A stretch of DNA of 40,870 bases from a virus (taxonomy: Duplodnaviria > Caudoviricetes): positions 1 through 40,870 of IMG/VR virus record IMGVR_UViG_3300031716_000150. The stretch is one strand, 5' to 3'. The first letter of the stretch is position 1, and the number at the start of each line of letters is the position of its first letter. Below the pieces are notes generated by a model that was not told the DNA's origin, did no database searches, and saw nothing but the letters and a program-made list of their open reading frames with translations. Shown one piece after another: positions 34,363 through 40,870 of the stretch. A program made the position numbers and the translations under genes.

Positions 34363-34615
34363 GCGTCGCAAAAGCAGCCGTAGCACTTACTCCGGAAGAA
34401 TCGCCGCTGATTTACCAGCGCTGCCGCTACGGCTTACCAGCTCAGGGCTTATCACCGTCGCCTCAGCAATCAGCGGCTTGGCAAGAAGCATTAGACTCAT
34501 TGGATACAGCTATGACGAAGCTGACGACGCTCAAAAGGCGTACGCTCAAGAAAAGATAACCCGCGGCGTCAAGCATATTGCCGATTTATGGGAGGTTCTG
34601 ATTGAGTCTAAGTAG
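34355..34615 (+). CDS. Hypothetical protein, 86 aa
   Basis: Overlaps the previous stop; AGGA upstream. Confidence 0.55.
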   Translation: MNERRKSSRSTYSGRIAADLPALPLRLTSSGLITVASAISGLARSIRLIGYSYDEADDAQKAYAQEKITRGVKHIADLWEVLIESK

Positions 34616-34671
34616 GCTGATTTGCTTTTGTTTGGGGTACGTAATCGCTAAATACTTCGGAGGATAACACA

Positions 34672-34821
34672 ATGCATTGGTTTTACAAGGGTTTGATGGC
34701 CGTTGGCATGATTGGCGGCGCGCTTGTTACTGGCGGCATCGTTCCTGCCGCGTATGGAGTCGTGGCTGCTGCTGTAACTGGCGCGGCTGCTCTGTTCCAT
34801 GAGGCGCCCAAGGCTAAGTAG
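34672..34821 (+). CDS. Two-TM small protein, holin candidate, 49 aa (not in the ORF track)
   Basis: GGAGGA RBS; MHWFYKGLMAVGMIGGALVTGGIVPAAYGVVAAAVTGAAALFHEAPKAK. Confidence 0.7.
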   Translation: MHWFYKGLMAVGMIGGALVTGGIVPAAYGVVAAAVTGAAALFHEAPKAK

Positions 34822-35092
34822 TAGCATAGGTGCTATTCCTGAGCCGATAGACAACGACAGAGATACAGAGCCTAACTTATTCGGCAAAAGCGCCGAATCT
34901 TTCGAGGCACCGGCGGGTGATTCCACGGTGCCTCGATGCTTTTTGTGCGGTCGTAGCAGCTGGGACAGGGATGACGCATTCGAGGCTGGCATAGCCTATG
35001 CCCTGACGCAGGTACATGGGCTGCTGCAGACGCGGCTAGAGCCAGGGATAGCGCAGGCCCTAGCTGACTGGATGCGGAGTCAGATTATGTAG
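34799..35092 (+). CDS. Hypothetical protein with CxxC, last gene of the plus arm
   Basis: RCFLCG...AFEAGIAYAL; true start uncertain. Confidence 0.5.
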   Translation: MRRPRLSSSIGAIPEPIDNDRDTEPNLFGKSAESFEAPAGDSTVPRCFLCGRSSWDRDDAFEAGIAYALTQVHGLLQTRLEPGIAQALADWMRSQIM

Positions 35093-35594
35093 AGCGCCCG
35101 CTGCAGTCCGGGCAGGGCCGCGTTTGCGGCGGCATCCCTCGAAAGTCACCGTCGCCAGTATCGATGGCGCCGCTCCCGCCGCACGTCGGGCACGTCGTAG
35201 GAGCCGGCTCCGGCAAGTCCTCCAGGTGTCGGGCGACGCGGCCGGCGAGGGGGCGGGCGGACTCCGCGCCAACCGGCCACTTGCTTGTCATCTCAGCCAC
35301 CCGCCGCCGCGTGTCCTGCGATGCTTGCGTGACCGGTCCTTCGCCCAGCCGTTCCAGCGCCTCCCTCATACGGGAGACGTCGGCGCGGGCCGCGTCCAGC
35401 GTGTTTCGCGTGCCGCGCAGTTCTGAATCGAGCCTGGCAACCCTCGCGTTCGCCGCCTCCAGCTCGGCACGGGTACGCCACAACTCTTTTTCGGCCTGCT
35501 GGAGTGCGCCTTCAAGCGCCTGGGCGTCGGCGCCATCAAGCGGCATCTTCGCGCGGGCTGCGCTGCGGACGGAAGGCGGTCGTTCGTCGCTCAT
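35085..35594 (-). CDS. Coiled-coil protein with C-terminal CxxCxGxG zinc finger
   Basis: Start MSDERPP after a GGGGAG RBS; CPTCGGSG...PCPDCSG. Confidence 0.7.
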   Translation of the reverse strand: MSDERPPSVRSAARAKMPLDGADAQALEGALQQAEKELWRTRAELEAANARVARLDSELRGTRNTLDAARADVSRMREALERLGEGPVTQASQDTRRRVAEMTSKWPVGAESARPLAGRVARHLEDLPEPAPTTCPTCGGSGAIDTGDGDFRGMPPQTRPCPDCSGRST

Positions 35595-35812
35595 GGTGTT
35601 CGGTCTCCCCACGACTTCACCAGCGCAGCAATCTGCTTGATTTGCTCCATGGTGAACCTCCATGAGCCGTCTGTGATTTTCTCCCATGCCCTCTCCCTCG
35701 CTTCCGCCGCGGCCGTTTCGGCGTGGTACGCCTCGCACTCGTCGGCGCCGCTCTTGGTGACGTACGCTCGGTCGCACTCGCCGCAAACATATCGCTGCAC
35801 GCGCTTGCTCAT
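35591..35812 (-). CDS. Small C2-C/H zinc-finger protein
   Basis: YVCGECDRAY.TKSGADECEAYH; GAGGAG RBS; ATGA overlaps at both ends. Confidence 0.75.
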   Translation of the reverse strand: MSKRVQRYVCGECDRAYVTKSGADECEAYHAETAAAEARERAWEKITDGSWRFTMEQIKQIAALVKSWGDRTP

Positions 35813-35982
35813 GGTCGGTCTCCTCTACGGGTGCGGCGGGCGACGGGAACCAGCCCGCCTGACCATTGGTAACTCCCTCCCCACGCCAGGTCGTACGCAT
35901 GGCGCCCCTTGTGCCCTCGTTCGCGCTCGCACTGGATGCCCAGCTTGTCGCGAACGTTGCAGAACACGAAGCGCCCGCTCAC
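35809..35982 (-). CDS. Small Cys/His protein, 57 aa (not in the ORF track)
   Basis: GTGA and ATGA overlaps; FC.........CERERGHKGRH. Confidence 0.7.
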   Translation of the reverse strand: MSGRFVFCNVRDKLGIQCERERGHKGRHAYDLAWGGSYQWSGGLVPVARRTRRGDRP

Positions 35983-36245
35983 CGGTCTCCCCCAGGGTTA
36001 CGAGCGAGCAGGGCGTTCGCGCGGCACTCCCAGCACTTGCCGCACTTCTCGTTGTTCATCCAGTTCACGCACGGGTAGCCGATGTTGGACGCCCCCTCCC
36101 GCAGCAGGTCCACCGCTTCCCGTAGCTCTGCGGCGTGCTGCTCGCGAACGTTGCCCAGGAAGGTCGTCAGCGCGTCGACGGCAGTTGCTTTCGCTTTTCC
36201 GTCGAGGAGATGCCAGATTCGCACGGCCACCTCGGAGTCGCTCAT
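35979..36245 (-). CDS. Hypothetical protein with C...CGKCWEC motif, 88 aa
   Basis: AGGAGG RBS before MSDSEVAV. Confidence 0.7.
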   Translation of the reverse strand: MSDSEVAVRIWHLLDGKAKATAVDALTTFLGNVREQHAAELREAVDLLREGASNIGYPCVNWMNNEKCGKCWECRANALLARNPGGDR

Positions 36246-37060
36246 GGTCGGTTCCTCCTGTCTGCTTCGAGGCGGGCCTGGATGGCGTCGAGCGTGTCCG
36301 CAATTAGTTGCTGAATCTTGACTACGGGCTGCTCTGCTGACAGCGACAGCAGGCTCCAAAGAAGCTGCCTTGCGTGCTCGTCGTCCCTCAGCCTCGCCGT
36401 CCTCTCAGGGGAGCGGCGCCAGGATTCGAGAGCGGCGTTCACGAGGCACAGGTCACATTTGCCACACGGCTGCGGCCGCGGCGTCTCGTCCTCGTCCTCA
36501 TGCACAATCCAGTAGTCCACGACGGCGCAGCGACCTTTGAACCGCTCCAGCGCCTCCACCAGCACACCAGGGTCCCCACCAGGGGAGGGGCTGGGGAGGC
36601 TGCGGATGCGGCAGATTCTTTCGGCCGCCTTCTTGACCGCCGGTTCGATGTGTCGCGAGTAGGTGTCTTCGTCGTACTGCAAGACGTCGTCGATGGCATC
36701 GCGCACGTACGCCTCGATGTCGTGGCGGTCCAGGACGTCGGCCTCGTCGCTCATCTCGGTCCTTTCGTCTGTGTCGGGCCCGGGGTGGGCGGGGGGTGTT
36801 GCTGGGATGTCGGCGTCGAGGCGGGCGAGCAGTTCGAGCATGCCGCCCGTCCTGTCGTAAATCTCTTGGCCATGCCGCGTTTGCAGGTCGCAGAAGCGGC
36901 GATGGTTCAATGCGCGTTCCTCCTCCCCCTCCAGCCGGTCAGCGACGACACGGAGGGCGGTGGCGGCGCGAATGGAATTGTCCGCCTGGCCGCGACCCCA
37001 TTCATCGGCCCATGCGTCGAGTTCCCGCGCTGCCATTCGTAGCGCCTCCCGCGCAGTCAC
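36242..37060 (-). CDS. Hypothetical protein, apparent in-frame fusion of two small genes (internal start 36754)
   Basis: GTG at 37060 after GGGAG; internal AAAGGA-N-ATG (MSDEAD) at 36754; C...CGKCDLC motif. Confidence 0.65.
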   Translation of the reverse strand: MTAREALRMAARELDAWADEWGRGQADNSIRAATALRVVADRLEGEEERALNHRRFCDLQTRHGQEIYDRTGGMLELLARLDADIPATPPAHPGPDTDERTEMSDEADVLDRHDIEAYVRDAIDDVLQYDEDTYSRHIEPAVKKAAERICRIRSLPSPSPGGDPGVLVEALERFKGRCAVVDYWIVHEDEDETPRPQPCGKCDLCLVNAALESWRRSPERTARLRDDEHARQLLWSLLSLSAEQPVVKIQQLIADTLDAIQARLEADRRNRP

Positions 37061-37284
37061 GTCCCGCTCCCTGCGCGCCGACCCCTGTAGTTCAGGGCGT
37101 ACCTCGCCTGGCAGTACCAGCAGCCGCGGACAGGATTGGGCACGTCGCCCTGATAGTCGGTTCCATCGCCGCGACAGGGACACCGACGGGGCTCGTTGCC
37201 GTTCTTGTCGATGCAGTCGCACCGGAAGTCGTCCATTACGTCACGGGCAAGCTGACGCAGTAGCCGGGCTTTCCGGCGGCTCAC
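37057..37284 (-). CDS. Cys-rich hypothetical protein, 75 aa, flanked by 19-bp direct repeats
   Basis: CDC, CPC and CWYC motifs; GTGA overlaps at both ends. Confidence 0.7.
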   Translation of the reverse strand: MSRRKARLLRQLARDVMDDFRCDCIDKNGNEPRRCPCRGDGTDYQGDVPNPVRGCWYCQARYALNYRGRRAGSGT

Positions 37285-37299
37285 GTCCCGCTCCCTGCG
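37057..37299. repeat. Perfect 19-bp direct repeat TCACGTCCCGCTCCCTGCG
   Basis: Copies at 37057-37075 and 37281-37299; each contains the RBS and the stop/start overlap on the minus strand. Confidence 0.95.
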
Positions 37300-37556
37300 T
37301 CACTCCATTCCATACCATCAGTCAGTGTATCAAACTGCGCCGCAATGCCAAGCATGAACGGCGTAACCGATATCCAGCCGTAGCTATTATCCTCGAGCAG
37401 CTTCGCCCTAAGCGCCTCAGCTATAAAGGCGTTAGCAGTGCGCAGGTCCACGCCATGCTGCCGCAGCACCCAGCCAAGGCGGCTGCGGCGGGTCGCGCCG
37501 TAGTAACAGGCTCTGACGGATGCTTCGAGACAGGCCTTTGTCTGTTCCTTAGTCAT
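37281..37556 (-). CDS. Hypothetical protein, 91 aa
   Basis: GGAGG RBS before MTKEQTK. Confidence 0.65.
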   Translation of the reverse strand: MTKEQTKACLEASVRACYYGATRRSRLGWVLRQHGVDLRTANAFIAEALRAKLLEDNSYGWISVTPFMLGIAAQFDTLTDGMEWSDAGSGT

Positions 37557-37872
37557 GTCTAGCCTCCTGTAGATACGTAGCATACTGCTCGAGATAGTCC
37601 ACAACTGATTTTGCTAATTCTAGCGTTAGCCCGCGCCGCATAAACTGACTATTGCAGCGAAAGCAAGCCAATCCGCGCACATAGCGCCGCCGCTGGTCAG
37701 GCGGCAATTTCTTCCATCCCTTAACGTGTTCATGGTCTATATGCAGCCTGCCAGACGGCGGCAGCTTTCCGCAAACACCGCACACAAAGTACTGCAGCGA
37801 GGCAAGATTATGCCAATGGACTTCGGTCATGCCATACTTAGTCAAGGTCTTAGCAGACGGCTTCTTAAGCAA
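37549..37872 (-). CDS. Endonuclease VII-like (Holliday junction resolvase family)
   Basis: KYGMT...Q...CGVCG...LHIDHEH...VRGLACFRCN. Confidence 0.88.
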   Translation of the reverse strand: MLKKPSAKTLTKYGMTEVHWHNLASLQYFVCGVCGKLPPSGRLHIDHEHVKGWKKLPPDQRRRYVRGLACFRCNSQFMRRGLTLELAKSVVDYLEQYATYLQEARHD

Positions 37873-38350
37873 TTCTCACCACCCCTGCCAGCTGGCTGAT
37901 TTTCCTGTCGCTGCGGTTATAGACACCGTCACCGTCACGGCTACCGCCGCCGTTAGTATTGGCCTCGATAGTAACCAAGTCGCCGTAATCGTCCATCCCC
38001 ACAATCAGGAAGGCATGGCCGAGGCCTTTGCCATGGTCTACGATACCGACACACGGCAGCGTTTCCGGCGTCACCTCAGACGGCGCCAGCGCGTGCCCAG
38101 TCTTCTTGGCATACTCGAGGAATCGCATACAGCTAGGGCTAAACAGAATCTCGTGTGTAACTCCCAGTTCCGCGCAGGCCTCCTTAATCCATGTGCAGAC
38201 AGCTGCAATGCAGTAGGGCTGTCCCTTCTTGATTCCTACAGTGGCTTGGTACTGTTCAATCCGCTTGCCAGCATTCTTGCCTTTCTCGCGGATGCCGATG
38301 TCACGGGCTGCGCGTTCGACTGTCTTCCTGGCCAGTTCAGAAGCTTCCAC
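37865..38350 (-). CDS. CHAP-family cysteine peptidase / endolysin
   Basis: IGIRE.G.N.G..I..YQ, GQPYCIAAV (catalytic Cys), GHAFLIV (His) and TIEANTN. Confidence 0.85.
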   Translation of the reverse strand: MEASELARKTVERAARDIGIREKGKNAGKRIEQYQATVGIKKGQPYCIAAVCTWIKEACAELGVTHEILFSPSCMRFLEYAKKTGHALAPSEVTPETLPCVGIVDHGKGLGHAFLIVGMDDYGDLVTIEANTNGGGSRDGDGVYNRSDRKISQLAGVVRIA

Positions 38351-38538
38351 TACCAGTTTCCCATAACCGTAAACGGCACCAGTAAGTGCTTGCCGTCTGC
38401 CATCTTGGTAACCCTAAGAAGCAAACTCCTGCCGTCTGTAAAATGTAGTTCGAGTTCCTTGGGCGTGAACTTAGTCGACTTAATCTTGAGCCCCTTAAGC
38501 TCGTCACTAAACAGATAGTCTTCGTTAGCGGCTTTCAT
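38350..38538 (-). CDS. Hypothetical protein, allele of 82..270
   Basis: 61/62 residues identical. Confidence 0.85.
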   Translation of the reverse strand: MKAANEDYLFSDELKGLKIKSTKFTPKELELHFTDGRSLLLRVTKMADGKHLLVPFTVMGNW

Positions 38539-39077
38539 GTGGTCTCCTTGTTAACCTCATCCAGTACCATCCAAGGCGTAGAACAGAACTTGACCAGACC
38601 TGCGCGGTCGTCAGGCATTAGCCCGTGACTGACCATGTTGTCGAACAAGTCAATCAGCGGATTGTAAAAGCCGTCTTTGTTAAATATTACAATCGGCTTC
38701 GGCGGCATGTAGCCAAGCTTCGTCAGCGTCAAGACCTCGAACAGCTCGTCCATACTTCCGTAGCTGCCAGGGAGGCAAATAAAGGCGTCTGACTTGTCCC
38801 AGAAATGCGACTTTCTCTCTGCCATCGTATCCGCTACCAGCATCTCAATGGACTTGTCATAGTGGTTAAGCTCATACACCTTCCGCGGCAGGACACCAGT
38901 AATCTTGCCGCCGGCTTCTACGGTAGCCTTGCAGACAGCTCCCATAACACCTTTGCTCGAACCGCCGTAGATAAGGTCCCAGCCAGTCTTGACCAGCTCT
39001 GTCGCAATCCAGGCACAGTCGTTAAACAGGTAGTCTTTGCCCCTGGCGCCGGCAAAGATGCAGACGGTCTTAGACAT
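38535..39077 (-). CDS. LOG-family protein, allele of 267..812
   Basis: Same motifs; start MSKTVCIFAG after GGAG RBS. Confidence 0.92.
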   Translation of the reverse strand: MSKTVCIFAGARGKDYLFNDCAWIATELVKTGWDLIYGGSSKGVMGAVCKATVEAGGKITGVLPRKVYELNHYDKSIEMLVADTMAERKSHFWDKSDAFICLPGSYGSMDELFEVLTLTKLGYMPPKPIVIFNKDGFYNPLIDLFDNMVSHGLMPDDRAGLVKFCSTPWMVLDEVNKETT

Positions 39078-39315
39078 TCTTTTGCTCCACTGCAATCTTT
39101 ACGGCGCTAACTGCGGCGTTAAACATCGTATCCGCCGCCTCGTCATCCGTCTTATTTGCCAGGTCAGACAGCGGCACCAGAACTACCCCGTACCATTCAC
39201 TGCGAGCGGTAATCTTTACGTATTCTCTGGTATTATCGACATTGACGCTGACAGAGACGCCGTCAGCGATGTCATTGAATGCTTCTTGCAGCTTCCTAGC
39301 AACCTTCATTCTCAT
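39070..39315 (-). CDS. Hypothetical protein, 81 aa, present only in the right allele
   Basis: ATGA overlap with the phosphoesterase stop; occupies the slot held by HNH + 151-aa ORF in the left copy. Confidence 0.75.
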   Translation of the reverse strand: MRMKVARKLQEAFNDIADGVSVSVNVDNTREYVKITARSEWYGVVLVPLSDLANKTDDEAADTMFNAAVSAVKIAVEQKNV

Positions 39316-40058
39316 GAATACCTCCGTTTCAAGAAGTCCAAGCTGACAAACATCGGGTCAAATGTGCCGTTCTTGACCTCATTAAGTACCCAGATGCCAC
39401 GCTTGGTATTCTGGCCCTGTGGAGTCAGATACGGCTCGTCATGCAAGTAGCAGATGCCGGCAAACAGAGCCACGAACTGCGTCGTGTTATGAACAGCCAG
39501 GTCAATACGCTGGACATGGCCCATTACCGCGCTGGCTTGGCGCTGTCTAAGTAACGCAGCAGCTGAGGAAACCGGGCGGCCCATGGCGCCGCTGACAAAA
39601 TAGTGGCTGTACTGTATCCCATCGATTTGAGCCACAGCAAGGAATGGATGGACTTGCCAGCCTTGCGGCCCATAATGAAGGTCACTGATTTTGAGGGTCC
39701 CGATAAACTTCGCATTAGCACTAGCCTCCCTGCTGATTCTATCCTCATGGTTACCGAGGGTCAAGTGTAACTCAGGCTTCCAGCGCCGCAGCCGTCTCTG
39801 CTCCTGCTTAATCGGCGCCATGAGCAGTTGCATAGCATCTTGAGTAGCCGCTACGTCGTTCGCATACCGCTTGCCCTCTGCCGATGCCTTGCCGATATCG
39901 TAGCCGCTAAGGCTAGGCATATCAGCAAAATCACCGAGGTTGACAATGACGTCAGGACGCTTGGCTGCGATGTAATTACCGACCCAGCCAAGGTGACTGT
40001 AGTCGACGTCAGGCCGTACCTGGCAATCCGGTATGACGATGTGTTTACGCGGCTTCAT
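39312..40058 (-). CDS. Metallophosphoesterase, allele of 1626..2375
   Basis: Same catalytic motifs, many synonymous differences. Confidence 0.9.
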   Translation of the reverse strand: MKPRKHIVIPDCQVRPDVDYSHLGWVGNYIAAKRPDVIVNLGDFADMPSLSGYDIGKASAEGKRYANDVAATQDAMQLLMAPIKQEQRRLRRWKPELHLTLGNHEDRISREASANAKFIGTLKISDLHYGPQGWQVHPFLAVAQIDGIQYSHYFVSGAMGRPVSSAAALLRQRQASAVMGHVQRIDLAVHNTTQFVALFAGICYLHDEPYLTPQGQNTKRGIWVLNEVKNGTFDPMFVSLDFLKRRYS

Positions 40059-40165
40059 TACAGGTCCTTAAGAAGGTACAGGGCAATCCTCACAAACAGC
40101 GCCCAGGTCAAGCCAGCGATAAGTACGTCGCCAAAGCCACTATTTAACCATCGCTTCAAGCTCAT
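40058..40165 (-). CDS. Small membrane peptide, allele of 2375..2482
   Basis: Same peptide with synonymous changes. Confidence 0.65.
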   Translation of the reverse strand: MSLKRWLNSGFGDVLIAGLTWALFVRIALYLLKDL

Positions 40166-40870
40166 CTTTAGTCCCTCCAGCGGCAAAGTAATCGGTTACG
40201 TCTTTCACTGGTTTACCGTTAAGCTCAGACGGCAGCAGGATAAAGCCTACTTCTTGTTTGGCGGCCCGAGCATCAGCAAAGACACGCCGCATAAGCTGCT
40301 TACCAGGGTCGTCCAGGTCAGGAATGACCACAATCCGCAGATGTCTAATAGGGCTAAGCAGTTCACTGCGATAGCTGAGAGCGCCGCCAGCGTGAGTAGT
40401 AGCCAGAAGGCCTTTCGACTCCGCTGTTTCAACATCTTTCTCGCCCTCCACATAGTAGACGGTCGTTCCCGCCGGCTTAGCTGCAATATCGGGTAAACGG
40501 TAGAGCACTCTCCGCACACCGCACATATCCCAGAGCCACTTTCCCGGGTTATCCTCATCGGGCCGCCGCAGCCGAAATGTCTTAGGCTCGTATCTGCAGG
40601 ACTGGTAGAGTAAGACTCCTTTTTCATCATAGTAGTCATACACCTTTACGGGTTTGGGGCTCATTGGTGCTTTCTCCGCCTCTCCAGCCAGGTATTTAAC
40701 TGCATCAACAAAAGACATTCCCTTATCCTTCTGGAGGTAGTTGATGGGGTCGCCACTGACGCCGCAGCCGAAGCACTTGAACCTCCAGTTACCGTCATCG
40801 AATTTGATAAGGGACATGCTTGGTGTTTTATCCTCGTGGAACACACAGTTAGTTAGCCAGCCTCTGCCGC
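40140..40870 (-). CDS. DNA primase allele, 5' end cut by the window edge
   Basis: Near-identical to 2457..3187. Confidence 0.92.
   Translation of the reverse strand, partial: GRGWLTNCVFHEDKTPSMSLIKFDDGNWRFKCFGCGVSGDPINYLQKDKGMSFVDAVKYLAGEAEKAPMSPKPVKVYDYYDEKGVLLYQSCRYEPKTFRLRRPDEDNPGKWLWDMCGVRRVLYRLPDIAAKPAGTTVYYVEGEKDVETAESKGLLATTHAGGALSYRSELLSPIRHLRIVVIPDLDDPGKQLMRRVFADARAAKQEVGFILLPSELNGKPVKDVTDYFAAGGTKDELEAMVK

Larger units (their letters stand above)
38269..40870. repeat. Right copy of the long imperfect direct repeat (partner 1-3187)
   Basis: Collinear with 1-3187 except for the cassette between the phosphoesterase and LOG genes. Confidence 0.97.

Noticed and set aside
35085-35900. 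271-aa ORF as given in the track (and the 126-aa and 326-aa extended versions nearby)
   Set aside because: The upstream extensions overlap better-supported small genes that have their own RBS and ATGA coupling; true starts placed at 35594, 36245 and 37060.
1-40870. Stop-codon reassignment suggested by the UUA-loop tRNA-like element
   Set aside because: Genes are full length under the standard code, and TAA, TAG and TGA all terminate genes at tight overlaps (e.g. capsid TAA, portal TAG, helicase TGA).
1-40870. Diversity-generating retroelement, CRISPR array, retron or integrase
   Set aside because: No reverse transcriptase or recombinase motifs and no regularly spaced repeats. Differences between the terminal copies are synonymous-biased rather than adenine-specific.

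Overview
The window holds an essentially complete, probably circular or terminally redundant, podovirus-like dsDNA phage genome (unit length about 37.7-38.3 kb). A minus-strand arm runs from 11721 to 1 and wraps round to about 38268-35085. It encodes DNA-metabolism and accessory genes: SF2 helicase, CHC2/TOPRIM primase, RecE-like nuclease, SSB-like protein, metallophosphoesterase, LOG-family nucleosidase, three HNH nucleases and EndoVII. Unusually, it also carries the terminase and a CHAP endolysin. A plus-strand arm (12062-35092) encodes portal, scaffold, capsid, adaptor/nozzle, ejection proteins and fibres/spikes. I could not recognise a DNA polymerase, RNA polymerase, integrase or repressor. 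The two ends (1-3187 and 38269-40870) are diverged alleles of the same region and differ by an HNH cassette. The most unusual signals are: (1) a 106-nt tRNA-like RNA with a possible UUA anticodon, inside a highly structured intergenic block; (2) a recurrent CTAAA(A/C)GCCGATT motif at a fixed distance from late-gene starts, with a candidate phage HTH activator; (3) a GC-rich array of small genes joined by repeated RBS-stop/start junctions, including a perfect 19-bp direct repeat; (4) DnaA-box-containing motifs at all three divergent junctions; (5) a beta-module inserted in four virion proteins; (6) an HNH-AP2/DUF1599-like fusion; (7) strong GATC avoidance. All family calls are by-eye motif recognition, not database searches.
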